This document shows positions 1 through 10,628 of a stretch of 64,000 nucleotides of DNA, piece after piece; the stretch's first letter is position 1, and each line of letters begins with the position of its first letter. The notes below the pieces were generated by a model that made no database searches, had not been told where the DNA came from, and saw only the letters and a program-made list of their open reading frames with translations. The DNA is taken from the NCBI GenBank assembly GCA_963976765.1, contig CAXBME010000017.1, positions 1 through 64,000 of the forward strand, in the 5' to 3' direction. This DNA comes from an uncultured Planctomycetaceae bacterium (lineage in GTDB: Bacteria; Planctomycetota; Planctomycetia; Planctomycetales; Planctomycetaceae). The position numbers and the translations under genes are program-made.

Positions 1-212
1 CCGAGTAGCCTTTTTCGCTTATCGCAGCTTCCAGTCACATCGTCGCGACGTTGAGGCGGCCGGGGAAGACGATGGGGGATTCGGATTTTTTCGAACTTCT
101 GAAGGAGTGGAATCACCCCATGCTCAATTTCGAAATCGCGTTCTGCGGCGGCCCATGAAAAACGGACAGGGACGGGCAATACTGTCTGTTCCTTTTGAAA
201 GGTCTGATTTTC

Positions 213-575
213 ATGAGCAAGTCCACTCCTGGATCATCGAGCGGCGCACCCGATCGCTCGCAACGGCGATCCTATTCTGACGAGTTCCGGCGGGACGTCG
301 TCCGGCTGATCACTGATGAAGGCTATTCCATTCCGGCTGCTGCCAAAGCCTGCGGGGCCAGTGAGCAGACGGCTCGGAACTGGTATGGCCGCATCGCACC
401 CGCTCCTGAGCCGGCTGGTGATGATGCCACCGTGGAAGAACTGCGTGCCGAAGTCGCACGACTCCGGAAACAGCTCAAGCGAGCCGAACTGGAGAGGGCC
501 ATTCTGGAAAAGGCGACGGCCCGCCGCAGGCGGTTTGACTGCCCCGTCGGGGCCTTCGCAAAGGGGGCTCTGTGA
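213..575 (+). CDS. IS3 transposase OrfA (HTH plus leucine zipper)
   Basis: RRSYSDEFRRDVV N-terminus, ELRAEVARLRKQL zipper, ERAILEKATA; stop overlaps the orfB start (GTGA). Confidence 0.9.
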   Translation: MSKSTPGSSSGAPDRSQRRSYSDEFRRDVVRLITDEGYSIPAAAKACGASEQTARNWYGRIAPAPEPAGDDATVEELRAEVARLRKQLKRAELERAILEKATARRRRFDCPVGAFAKGAL

Positions 576-1501
576 AGCACGCCTGGATCAATCAGCATCA
601 AAGCGAGTTCCCGGTCACGGTGATGTGCCGTGTCATGGGCGTGAGCCGTTCAGGCTTTTACGACTCGCTGAACCGTCCGCCGAGTGAGCGATCAAAGCGG
701 TCCAGCCGCATCCGTAAATCGGTGGCTCAGGTTCATCAGGAAACCGATGTGATTTATGGAGCGACTAAAATTGCCGAGGAACTCAAGCACCGCGATGATC
801 TCGAAACAGCCTGCCGGAACACGGTCGCCCAGGCCATGAAAGAACTGGGAATCCGCAGCAAAGTGGGCCGGAAAGCGTTCCGTCCGACGACGACTCAGGT
901 CGATCCGTCGAAGCGTCCGGCCGCCAACGTCTTCGACCAGGAGTTCACCGCGACGGCTCCGAACCAGAAGTGGGTGACTGACATCACGTATCTGGCGACC
1001 TCTGCCGGCTGGGTGTATCTGGCGGCAGTCGTCGATCTGTTCAGCCGCAAGGTGGTTGGCTGGTCGGTCAGTCAGTCGCTGGCCACCGACCTGGTGCAGG
1101 CGGCTCTCAGAGAGGCGATCGAAAAGCGGCGTCCGGACGGATCACAGTTGCTGCATCACAGCGACCGCGGCTGCCAGTACACCAGCAATGCCTATCAGCA
1201 GACTCTGCGAACACTCGGCATCACCTGTTCGATGTCAGGAACGGGCAACTGTTACGACAACGCGGTGGCCGAACGGTTCTTCTGGAGCCTGAAGTACGAA
1301 TGGACAAACTATCGCGTCTATGCCGATCTCGAATCAGCCCGGCACAGCGTGTTCAACTACATTGAAATCTTCTACAACCAGAAACGTCGGCATCAGACAC
1401 TGGCCTAGGGCTCACCCAGTGAGTTCGAAACTGATTTCCACAACCGCATCACGAAGGTAGCGGAAACAATAGAAAACAACACAACCGTGACTGCCACCTA
1501 A
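572..1501 (+). pseudogene. IS3 transposase OrfB (DDE) with premature TAG at 1406-1408
   Basis: WVTDITY, HHSDRGCQY, DNAVAERFF motifs; the frame continues after the stop as GSPSEFE... to TAA at 1499-1501. Confidence 0.8.
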
Positions 1502-1723
1502 AACCAAATCCGCCTCTGTCCGTTTTTCATGGGCCGCCGCACTCCGCTGACGAAATGAATCCCGGACACCGTTTCGACTGAATTGGACAGGAGTTGCCAG
1601 AACGACGAAACGGAAGAGAGCACACTGCATGAGCCGCGACTCAAGTGAGTTGCGAGAAACAAGCAAACGAACTCCTTCCGAACACTGGATGAAAGCTGCG
1701 GCTGGATTTAGGATTCGAGGTCT

Positions 1724-2863
1724 TTGGACGTGGGAGTCAAGTTCCCCTCCCGTATTCGAATCGTGAGAGGACTTGCGTCAGCCAGGCGTGAGTCTTTTTT
1801 TTCGGGCGAAGGTTTGTTGACCGGAATATTCAACGAAATCAGCGATCCCGTCAGCGTGCTTTGTCAGAAGTTTCGCCGCATAGCCGACTGGGCTCACGCC
1901 AGAGTTGAACCGGTCTCTGGTGGCTTCAGTGGCGCGGGGGTTTTCAAAGTTGAAGCGGCAAACACTCGCTACTGCCTGCGGCGATGGCCTGCCGGACAAG
2001 TGGCTGTTACGCGAGTTCTCGCCATCCATCAATTGCTTGCACTGGCACAGGCTCGTGGAGTTTTCGTCGTCCCAATTCCGCTGAAGTCAGACTCGGGGAC
2101 ATCGCTTCCTGAATTCAACGGTGAGCCCTGGCAACTCGAACCGTGGATGCCTGGAACGGCGAACTTTCTGGCTGAGCCCAATGACAAACGACTGAAATCG
2201 GCGATGACTCAACTGGCTCGATTTCACAACATGATTTGCGAATGGTGCCCAACAGCCGCCACCAGACAATGGTTTCAGCCAGCAAGCATTCGGCCGTGTT
2301 CGACGATTGCCCGTCGAGTTTGCATGATCGATGACTATGCGAAATCGATCGCTGACATGGAAGCGGCGTTGGCTCTGGAAGGCGACGCGCGTTTCCGGAA
2401 CGCTGGCACTCGAATCGCGCTGCTGTTTCGAACGGTTCACCCGAGGGTGCGTAGAGAATTAGCCGCTACCGAGAGACTGCCGGTGCCGCTGCAACCCTGC
2501 ATCAGAGATCTCTGGCATGACCATCTTCTGTTTCGAGGCGACGAACTGTCTGGCGTTGTCGATTTCGGGGCGATGGCGACCGACTCGATTTCGTCCGATC
2601 TGTCCCGACTTTTGGGGAGTCTGTTCGGCAAAGATCAAGCGGCGTGGCAACGAGCGATCAGACACTACGAAACCGTGAGGATTTTGACTGACGCTGAGCA
2701 CCGACTGCTTCGGCCACTGGATCAGTCCGGCGTCCTGCTGAGTGGCATGACGTGGCTGAAGCGCCGCTACGTTTTGAGAAACACTCCAACTGATCTCTCA
2801 CGCGTCTGCGCCAGAATGGAGTCAATCGCCGAAAGACTAACCACGCTGACTCTTAAGTCCTAG
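1724..2863 (+). CDS. APH/type II homoserine kinase-like phosphotransferase (start uncertain)
   Basis: GGFSGAGVFKV loop, IRDLWHDH catalytic-loop-like motif, GVVDFG. Confidence 0.75.
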   Translation: MDVGVKFPSRIRIVRGLASARRESFFSGEGLLTGIFNEISDPVSVLCQKFRRIADWAHARVEPVSGGFSGAGVFKVEAANTRYCLRRWPAGQVAVTRVLAIHQLLALAQARGVFVVPIPLKSDSGTSLPEFNGEPWQLEPWMPGTANFLAEPNDKRLKSAMTQLARFHNMICEWCPTAATRQWFQPASIRPCSTIARRVCMIDDYAKSIADMEAALALEGDARFRNAGTRIALLFRTVHPRVRRELAATERLPVPLQPCIRDLWHDHLLFRGDELSGVVDFGAMATDSISSDLSRLLGSLFGKDQAAWQRAIRHYETVRILTDAEHRLLRPLDQSGVLLSGMTWLKRRYVLRNTPTDLSRVCARMESIAERLTTLTLKS

Positions 2864-3107
2864 AAGGGCTTCTGGGTAGTGGTAGCGCACCGTGGCTGTT
2901 TGAATGAGGCGGGCATCGCCGGAGGACCGGCAAAGAAGCATCGCATAGCAACTGTACCAGGAACGGGGGTACGATCACGTTCCAGCTTAGTTTCAGTGAG
3001 AATGGTACAACATGCTGCAACAAGTCTAACACTGGGGTGATGCCCAACTCCGCCGGTGATTATTCACCAACCAAACGTCAGTCGCGTTCCAGCGATGTGA
3101 CAGCCTC

Positions 3108-3515
3108 TCAATACGCTTTTTTCATTCGGTGGATGACGTGACCAAGTATTGTTTTCCAGGCATCTTCAGTTCTCGTGTCCCAGGACTTGTCGTGAATGCG
3201 AGCGGAAGCAATTACCGAGGAAAGCCAGAGGTCGTAGAGATGAGGCTTAATGTCCAGGTGGTGCCGGTCGTGGGATTCGCCTCTCATTTTAATTTCCGCC
3301 AGTCCAGCGGGAATTCCGGCAGTAGCGGCAGCTGAAAGTTTCAGTGACCGGGTCAGCATCTTGTTTTGTTGCCGAAAGTCGGTATGCACGAATTTCGCTC
3401 TTACCTCGACTGATGAGTCGAGGAATTTACCGTAGAAGGTTGGGATGAAAGAATTCGATTGAAGGCACCGGTCCAGGCTCTTCTCAAATAACTCTCGGGG
3501 AGTTGCCTCTTCCAT
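3108..3515 (-). CDS. single-domain globin
   Basis: FYGKF, KF..TDF..Q, SHDRHHLDIKPHLYDLW pattern with proximal His; start placed at ATG 3515. Confidence 0.75.
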   Translation of the reverse strand: MEEATPRELFEKSLDRCLQSNSFIPTFYGKFLDSSVEVRAKFVHTDFRQQNKMLTRSLKLSAAATAGIPAGLAEIKMRGESHDRHHLDIKPHLYDLWLSSVIASARIHDKSWDTRTEDAWKTILGHVIHRMKKAY

Positions 3516-3794
3516 AAACACACCCTCTCGTTTCGAGCCGCGTTCCACAACCGGCAAAGCTACAAAAGCGACAGTCAAGAAAAACGTTTCATTCAAAGCT
3601 CACATTTACAGCCTGCGACTCACAATGAATCGACTTTCGCTAAGATATTCCAAACGCGTTTCTGAGAATTGTTCCTGCCGTTGAGACGTGACCGTCGGGT
3701 GATGGCAATGTGCACGATGATGAAGCAGGCTACTTGCTGACTGCTGATCCAGACTGACTGCGATTCGCGAAATCCCTCGATCTGACAGTTGTTC

Positions 3795-4871
3795 TCACGC
3801 CCAGGCTCGGCGGAAGAAGTCGAGAAAGTTGCGGTGCATGATTCCTTCGACGTCGGTGTCGCTGTAGCCGCGGTCGCCCAGGAGTGTGGCCATTTGCTGA
3901 AGGTCGGCGATGGTGGTGAGGTCTCGCGGGCATTGTTCTTTGCCGAAACCGCCATCGAGGTCGGTGCCGATTCCGCAGTGGCTGGCGTTGCCGGCTAGCT
4001 GGCAGATGTGGTCGATGTGGTCGACGATGTCTGCCATGCAAACGGTTTGAGGATCGGACTTAAAGCGCACCCAGCCGGGCTTGATCATCCAGTTGTCGAA
4101 GGCGGCTCCGATGACGGCTCCGCGTTTGATCAGCTCTTTGAGCTGGTCGTCGTCGAGTTGTCGATCCCCAGGTACCAGGGCACGGCAGTTGTGATGGCTT
4201 GCCAGGACCGGGCCTTCGAAGATGTCGAGCGCTTCCCAGAACGATTGATCGGCCAGGTGAGTCACGTCGAGCAGCATGCCGACTCGGTCCATTTCTTTGA
4301 GCAGTTCCGCGCCGCCATCTTTCAGGCCACCTTCGCTGCCGGTTCCGAAGCAGTAGGGGCCGGGACCGTAGTGAGCAGGGCCGAGGATTCTTAATCCAGC
4401 GTTGTACCATTCTTCGATCTGGCTCGGAGCGAGGATCGACGGGCTGCCTTCCATGCTGAGAATAAATCCGACGGGCAGCGCGCTGGCTCCTCCCGACTGA
4501 TCGGCTTCCCATTGAGCGACGTGATCTTCCAGCGAGGCCAGATCGGAGATTTCTCGAATTTGCCCGGCGGCGACCATCGCGCGGTAGTAAGCGAGCTGTC
4601 CGTAACACGCTCCGTATGCCGCTTCGCGAGACTGGTAGTGCGTGAGGGCTCCATCTTTGCGATGCAACCTGGGCAGCAGAGTTGAGATCGTCATGCCGAC
4701 TCGACCGCGACGCAGTTCGTGCCAGGAAACGACCGCGTCGCCGATCTCCGGAACGGTCCGAGAGAACTGGCCTTCGAAGTTATTGATCTCGGCCACGGGA
4801 AGCGTCAGGTCTCGATTCCATTCGACCGCGTTCCAGGCCATGTCGAGGTGAGCATCAAAAATCAGATTCAT
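3795..4871 (-). CDS. membrane dipeptidase (peptidase M19)
   Basis: DAHLD, SMEG, DVTH, ASHHNCR, GIGTDLDG motifs. Confidence 0.9.
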   Translation of the reverse strand: MNLIFDAHLDMAWNAVEWNRDLTLPVAEINNFEGQFSRTVPEIGDAVVSWHELRRGRVGMTISTLLPRLHRKDGALTHYQSREAAYGACYGQLAYYRAMVAAGQIREISDLASLEDHVAQWEADQSGGASALPVGFILSMEGSPSILAPSQIEEWYNAGLRILGPAHYGPGPYCFGTGSEGGLKDGGAELLKEMDRVGMLLDVTHLADQSFWEALDIFEGPVLASHHNCRALVPGDRQLDDDQLKELIKRGAVIGAAFDNWMIKPGWVRFKSDPQTVCMADIVDHIDHICQLAGNASHCGIGTDLDGGFGKEQCPRDLTTIADLQQMATLLGDRGYSDTDVEGIMHRNFLDFFRRAWA

Positions 4872-5078
4872 CGTGCGGATTCCGTTGTGATCATCGCTGA
4901 GTCGAAAAATGATCCGAAACAAACTGAACGGATCGAAGTTTGCCGATTCTTGCGAGTCAGCGGCGAAATCGCAACGAGCAAAGATCGTTCGTTGTCCGCC
5001 TCACAACAGACTGCTACAAACCCAAATCTCTGCCACTCAGTCACTTTTCTGCCAATCAGTTGTCATTAAGAAAACGTT

Positions 5079-6146
5079 ATGAACGATTCAGAACTGCGAA
5101 GTTGCGTCGAAGCTGTCACCGATCCAGAGTTGGGAAGGACTCTCGGCGAACTCGGCATGGTCAAACAGGCGACCGTGTCTGCCGACGGTGTTGCTGAGGT
5201 CGGAATCGAACTTCCAACTCCCGCGTACCCCGGTCAGGAACGAATCGAAGACGCGATCAATGCAGCGATTCAGGCGGCGTCAGCCGGTGTTCCAGCGGCA
5301 AAAGTTTCGTTCAGTTGGGTCGTAAAAGGCAAAGAGACCGGCGGTAAGATCGGCCTGCGAGTCAAAAATGTCATCGCAGTGGGCAGCGGTAAAGGCGGAG
5401 TCGGCAAGAGCACGACCGCGACAATGCTGGCTTACGGTCTGAGTTCGTTCGGGGCGAAAGTCGGCCTGATGGATGCCGACGTGTACGGGCCCAGCATTCC
5501 TCATCTTTGCGGAGCGAGCGGCGAGCCGCCGGTGGAAGAAGTCACCGGAGCGGACGGCCAGAAAATGCAGCGGATTCAGCCAATCGAAAAAGACGGCCTG
5601 AAGCTGTTATCGATCGGGTTTCTGGTTAAAGAAGATCAGGCCGTCGTCTGGCGAGGCCCGATGCTTCACAAACTGCTGACTCAGTTTCTCGCTCAGACCG
5701 AATGGGGCGAACTCGATTACCTCATCATCGACCTGCCGCCAGGTACGGGCGACGTTTCGCTGACGCTGTCGCAGTTGCTCGGTCTGGCCGGAGCGGTCGT
5801 TGTCTGCACGCCACAGAAGGTTGCGCTGCTCGACGCCGTAAAGGCGATCAGCATGTTCGGACAGGTGAAGATCCCCGTGCTCGGCATCGTGGAAAACATG
5901 TCCGGCGACATCTTCGGTCGAGGCGGCGCGAAAGATCAGGCGGCAAAGTCCGGAGTTCCATTCCTGGGTGAAGTGCCCATCACCGCACACATCCGAGAAC
6001 TCGGAGACGCCGGTCGCATGTCCGAAATCTTCGCCGACGACTGCCCGGTCCGAGACGAACTCCGCACCGTCTGTCAAAACATCGCAATGGCCATCGCGAA
6101 GCAAATGGTCGACGCTCCGGCGTTGCCGACTCTGGAAGTTTTGTAA
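5079..6146 (+). CDS. mrp: Mrp/NBP35 (ApbC) Fe-S cluster carrier ATPase with N-terminal DUF59
   Basis: GSGKGGVGKST, DADVYGPS, WRGPM, DLPPGTGD, GIVENMS. Confidence 0.93.
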   Translation: MNDSELRSCVEAVTDPELGRTLGELGMVKQATVSADGVAEVGIELPTPAYPGQERIEDAINAAIQAASAGVPAAKVSFSWVVKGKETGGKIGLRVKNVIAVGSGKGGVGKSTTATMLAYGLSSFGAKVGLMDADVYGPSIPHLCGASGEPPVEEVTGADGQKMQRIQPIEKDGLKLLSIGFLVKEDQAVVWRGPMLHKLLTQFLAQTEWGELDYLIIDLPPGTGDVSLTLSQLLGLAGAVVVCTPQKVALLDAVKAISMFGQVKIPVLGIVENMSGDIFGRGGAKDQAAKSGVPFLGEVPITAHIRELGDAGRMSEIFADDCPVRDELRTVCQNIAMAIAKQMVDAPALPTLEVL

Positions 6147-6215
6147 GACACCGAGTTTTCTCGTGCCATCCGAGGTACTGGAGCTCCACCTTCACGGGAA
6201 TGACTGTGAGTTTGC

Positions 6216-7094
6216 ATGCCTGAGCCACTACGAGTTCTTTCTTTCGAGTCGCGGAAGGGCAACGAGATGCGTTCGTTGATCGAACGCAACGGGGCTTCTG
6301 CGACAATCGCGCCGGCGATGAAGGAAGTCACGCTGGGGATGACCGAGGAAATTCGGACATTCTATGATCGGCTGAGTGAAGGCTCGCTCGATCTTCTCGT
6401 TTTCCTGACGGGCGTCGGAACAGAAGCTCTGGCGACGGCGATTGAGACGGAGCATTCTCGTGAGGAACTGCTGGAGCTGATTCAGCAGTGCGGGATCGTG
6501 GTTCGAGGCCCGAAGCCGTTTGCCGTGCTTCGTCAATGGAACGTTCGGGTTGATGCTCGGGCTGTCGAGCCGAACACATGGCACGAAGTTGTTAAGGCCG
6601 TACTGGAAGTCGCTGAGTTCGAGCGGGCAACCGGCGTGGTCGACGACCAGGTCGGAGCAAAGCCTCTGAGCAATTGCCGGATCGCCGTGCAGGAATACGG
6701 ACAACCGGCCTCTGAATTGTACTCCGAACTCGAAACTCTGGGGGCCGAGATTCTTCCGGTGCCGATTTACAAGTGGGCGTTGCCTGACGACACGGCTCCG
6801 CTGGAAGCCGCAATCGAAGCGACGATTCGGGGTGAGTTCGACGTTGTCCTTCTAACGACGGCTCAACACATGGTTCACGTGCTGGAAGTCGCCGACCGGA
6901 TGGGCAGGAAAGACGAATGGCTGACCGCGGCTCGGAAGTGTGTTGTCGCATCGATTGGCCCGACAGCGAGCGAGCGGATCATCGAATGCGGTCTCCCGGT
7001 CGACGTTCAGCCGGAACATCCTCACATGGGGCATCTCGTTCGAGAGTCGCTCGAAGCAGCTCCGGGTTTGCTCGCCGACTGCCGTGCGAGGTAA
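6216..7094 (+). CDS. hemD: uroporphyrinogen-III synthase
   Basis: FLTGVG, RGPKP, QEYG, YKW, ASIGPTAS motifs. Confidence 0.85.
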   Translation: MPEPLRVLSFESRKGNEMRSLIERNGASATIAPAMKEVTLGMTEEIRTFYDRLSEGSLDLLVFLTGVGTEALATAIETEHSREELLELIQQCGIVVRGPKPFAVLRQWNVRVDARAVEPNTWHEVVKAVLEVAEFERATGVVDDQVGAKPLSNCRIAVQEYGQPASELYSELETLGAEILPVPIYKWALPDDTAPLEAAIEATIRGEFDVVLLTTAQHMVHVLEVADRMGRKDEWLTAARKCVVASIGPTASERIIECGLPVDVQPEHPHMGHLVRESLEAAPGLLADCRAR

Positions 7095-7191
7095 CTCGCC
7101 TGATCGAGTGCGTCGCGCTACAATCCGGGTTCCTCAAAAACAGCCACTCAATCAACCCGCCCCGCGACCGAAATACGCGAAGTGAGAATTC

Positions 7192-7686
7192 ATGACGACC
7201 ACCGCCGAGCACACTCAACGCCGCAGCATCGCCTTCTCGACACTGGCAGAAGTGCGGGCTGATATCGAGGAACTCGCCGGTGGTTCTTACGTAACGGTCG
7301 GCAAATGGAGCTTTCCTCAGATACTGGATCACCTGGCCAGCTCGCTGAACTGCTCGATCGACGGATTTCCGTTCAAAGCGTCGTGGTTCGTGCGGTGGTT
7401 TGTCGCGCCTATGATCAAGAATTCGATCATCACGAAGCAGATGAAACCGGGGTTTGCTCTACCAAAGAAGTTCTCGTCGTACCTTCCGTCGGAAGAGTGC
7501 ACGATGGACGAAGCACTTCCAAAAGTGATGGCCGCGATCAGGCGGTTTGACGGTGAACTCCCTCTTGCCGATCATCCGTTCTTCGGAAAAATGGCCAGCG
7601 AAGAATGGATGAACCTGCACATGCGACATTGCGAACTGCACCTGAGCTTCGTCGTCCCAACCGCTTCCGCTGGCGAGCTGAACTGA
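7192..7686 (+). CDS. DUF1569 (DinB-like) protein
   Basis: GKWSFPQILDHLA, HPFFGKM, HCELHLSF. Confidence 0.8.
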   Translation: MTTTAEHTQRRSIAFSTLAEVRADIEELAGGSYVTVGKWSFPQILDHLASSLNCSIDGFPFKASWFVRWFVAPMIKNSIITKQMKPGFALPKKFSSYLPSEECTMDEALPKVMAAIRRFDGELPLADHPFFGKMASEEWMNLHMRHCELHLSFVVPTASAGELN

Positions 7687-8433
7687 CCTGCTGGTTGTAT
7701 CTTTCAACCTCGGGCGATGCCTTGAACATTCGTCGCCACAGTCCAAAGAAATCGGACGATGGCCCTGCCAGGACCACATACGATCTTTGGCGCGTCAAGC
7801 CGTTTGCTAAGCTGAAGCGGTGCGACGTGTTTACCGCATACGTTCAGACTATCTGACGCATCCGTCTTCAACGAAGAATTGCCGATTGCGAGGATTGATG
7901 AAAATCGGGTAGACCTGCTGAAGTTCTATGCTGACTTCAAAATCGCTGAACGTGAGGAAGTTACTTCGCGCGGCCGCGTCAGTCGCCATTTTTGAAGTAC
8001 AGTTCGCAACTCTGCCTCCACTTCCCGAAGTCGCTGCTCCAGAGAACCTGCAACTTTTACAGCCTGGTTACAGTTGGTTCTTATACGGCGATGCTGTCAC
8101 TCAGCATGTCGCACTTAACCGCAACGACGCTGACTTCTTCTGCTTCATGTCGACGCTGAAGTTTTAAGATTTCGGATTCCGATACAGCCAAACTCAGCAT
8201 GGGTGAGACTCAGAGGGCTTTGCTCCTTCTTTTTGCGCGTCGACGATGCAATTCCGCCGGCAGCCTGACGTGAGTGCGTTTAACCGGATTCGATCTGCTT
8301 ACTCATGCGGCAGGCGTGCCTTGAGTTACCCGAAGGCTTCAGCACCCGACTGGCGTGGCAATCCACAGTTTCCGTGGTCACCAGTGCGTGGGTGACTTCG
8401 TTTCGCAATCAGTCTGGAAGCTTTCCACTCAAG

Positions 8434-8449
8434 TGGTCCGTGCATTGCT
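8434..8449 (+). promoter_or_regulatory. sigma54 (-24/-12) promoter candidate
   Basis: TGGTCCGTGCATTGCT with GG-N10-GC spacing, upstream of the 8522 operon. Confidence 0.6.
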
Positions 8450-8521
8450 TTGATCGACTATGACCACACTTTGTCGGGAGTCCCGCTCGTCAGCAATTCC
8501 TGAATCTCCCGCTGTGCGGTC

Positions 8522-10606
8522 TTGATGAACGATCATTCCGCCGTTGACCTCTCAGTGAAAATGTCCGCGATCTTGACTAATCCAGAACGAGACCACGTGG
8601 CTGTGCCGAAAGATGGCACAACGGCTCGGCGACCGATCGTAGTTGTTGGTAACGGGCCTGTTGGTTGCCGGTTTCTTGAGCAGTTCGTAACTGCACGTCA
8701 GGAAACCGCCGCCGCACGGCTGGAGCTGATCGACGATCAACCTGTGGTCTGCTTCGGGGAAGAACCAAGAGCGGCCTACGATCGAGTCAGCCTGACTTCT
8801 GTTTTCGAGGGACGTTCTGCGGACGATCTTCAGATTCGTCCAGGTAGCTGGTATTTGCAGAACGGCATTGAACTGTTCACTGGCGATCCAGTCGTCGCGA
8901 TCGATCGGGAAAGCAGGCTGGTCAGTTCAAAGTCTGGCCGAGAGGTCCATTATGAAACGCTGATTCTCGCGACAGGTTCGGCTCCGTTTGTCCCATCAAT
9001 CGGCGGTACTGATCTGCCTGGCGTCTTCGTCTACCGCACGATCGAAGATCTTGAGCAGATTAAATCATTCGGTGCTGAATCGAAAAATGCCGCTGTACTC
9101 GGCGGTGGCCTGCTTGGCCTCGAAGCCGCGCGTGCTCTTGTCAATCTTGGACTGACGACGCACATCGTGGAGAAAGCGCCGGCGCTAATGGCTCGACAGC
9201 TCGACAACGAAGCGGCGTCTCTGTTGCGGGAGATGGTCGAGGGGCTGGGCGTCCAGACGGTATTGCAGCGTCAAACCGAACGCATCGTTCGTCATTCCGA
9301 AGGCTTGTCACTTGAGTTTCGTAACGGAACGCCACTGAACATCGACATGATCGTTATTGCTGCGGGGATTCGACCGCGCGACGAACTGGCTCGTGAGTGC
9401 GGCCTCGAAGTTGACGCTCGCGGTGGAATCGTCGTCAACAATTATCTGCGAACCTCAGACGAAAATATCTATGCCATCGGAGAATGTGCCCGTCATGAAG
9501 AGACCGTTTACGGTCTGGTGGCTCCTGGATATCAGATGGCAGAAACCGTCGCCGCTAACCTGTCAGGAGGTGGTGCCGAATTCACAGGAAGCGATCAGTC
9601 GACGCGTTTGAAATTGCTGGGTGTCGATGTCGCTCTGTGTGGTGACTACCTCGACCCATCTGGTGCTCAGAAGCTTGTCCATTGCGGTGCTGACTTTTAC
9701 CGGAAGATTATCGTTCGCGATCACAGGATTGTTGGAGCTGTTGGTGTCGGTCCTTTTCCGGAGCTACCCGTCATTCAGGAATGGGTTGCGGCTCGGAAAC
9801 GCATCTGGTCGTGGCATCGACGTCGGTTCGGTTCTGAGGGTTTTCTCTGGGAAGCAGCTAAGAGTGATGACGTTTCCGAGTGGCCTGCCGGGGCGATCAT
9901 CTGCAGTTGCCGATCTGTCACTCGCGGAGCATTGACGTCGGCATGGCATGGTGGGTGTCGCGATGCCAGTGCTTTATCACGAGAAACCGAGGCGGGAACT
10001 GTATGTGGTTCCTGCATCCCGCTGCTGGCGGCCATCGCAAATCAACGTCCAGAACTGATTGTTGCAGTTCCCGGCTGGCGATTGCTGCTGGGCATGTCAA
10101 TCCTGGTGACTCTGCTGATCCCGTTGCTATTAATTCTTGGTCCCGTCTCCACCGCAAGTAGTGTGCAGGACTTTGGCTACCAGCTTGATCTACTCTGGCA
10201 GAGTTCCTTCTGGAAGCAGGTGACAGGCTTCACGCTGCTGGCCGTGACCGGGCTGGCGTTACTGCTCTCACTTAGAAAACGCATTGCCAGATTCAACTTC
10301 CTGAATTTCGGGTGGTGGCGAGCCGCTCATGGCACACTTGGACTGGCAACGATTTTTGGCGTGATCGTCCACACCGGAATGCGGCTCGGTGCGAATCTGA
10401 ATCTGTGCCTGATGGTCTGCTTTCTGGCACTGAATCTTGCTGGCGGACTGACGGGCGTGCTCGCAGCACTCGAAAACCGGGCTTCCGGCTCCAGGCAACG
10501 CATGCTCAAACGATGGCGACCGCGACTGACGCTGCTGCACATCATTTTCTTCTGGCCGTTTCCAATTCTTGTGGCATTCCATATCGCCGCTGCTTATTGC
10601 CTCTAG
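8522..10606 (+). CDS. NirB-like FAD/NAD(P)H oxidoreductase plus BFD [2Fe-2S] plus C-terminal membrane domain
   Basis: VVGNGPVG, ATGS, GGGLLGLEAA, AIGEC, TRLKLLGVDV; ICSC...CGSC BFD motif; 4-5 TM helices with two H-x13-H pairs; no siroheme domain; exact start uncertain. Confidence 0.85.
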   Translation: MMNDHSAVDLSVKMSAILTNPERDHVAVPKDGTTARRPIVVVGNGPVGCRFLEQFVTARQETAAARLELIDDQPVVCFGEEPRAAYDRVSLTSVFEGRSADDLQIRPGSWYLQNGIELFTGDPVVAIDRESRLVSSKSGREVHYETLILATGSAPFVPSIGGTDLPGVFVYRTIEDLEQIKSFGAESKNAAVLGGGLLGLEAARALVNLGLTTHIVEKAPALMARQLDNEAASLLREMVEGLGVQTVLQRQTERIVRHSEGLSLEFRNGTPLNIDMIVIAAGIRPRDELARECGLEVDARGGIVVNNYLRTSDENIYAIGECARHEETVYGLVAPGYQMAETVAANLSGGGAEFTGSDQSTRLKLLGVDVALCGDYLDPSGAQKLVHCGADFYRKIIVRDHRIVGAVGVGPFPELPVIQEWVAARKRIWSWHRRRFGSEGFLWEAAKSDDVSEWPAGAIICSCRSVTRGALTSAWHGGCRDASALSRETEAGTVCGSCIPLLAAIANQRPELIVAVPGWRLLLGMSILVTLLIPLLLILGPVSTASSVQDFGYQLDLLWQSSFWKQVTGFTLLAVTGLALLLSLRKRIARFNFLNFGWWRAAHGTLGLATIFGVIVHTGMRLGANLNLCLMVCFLALNLAGGLTGVLAALENRASGSRQRMLKRWRPRLTLLHIIFFWPFPILVAFHIAAAYCL

Positions 10607-10628
10607 CACTTTGAACTTCGTTGATTCA

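Larger units (their letters stand above)
144..1541 (+). mobile_element. IS3-family insertion sequence, probably inactive
   Basis: Perfect 26-bp terminal inverted repeats TGCGGCGGCCCATGAAAAACGGACAG (144-169 and 1516-1541), TG...CA ends, orfA plus orfB inside; flanks TTC/CTC give no exact target duplication. Confidence 0.93.

Noticed and set aside
5079..7094. mrp and hemD as dedicated cofactor genes of the heme/Fe-S locus
   Set aside because: Ordinary housekeeping genes separated from the locus by DUF1569 and about 830 bp; the sequence alone shows no link.
8522..10606. Calling this gene nirB
   Set aside because: It lacks the siroheme/[4Fe-4S] catalytic half, and no nirD follows.
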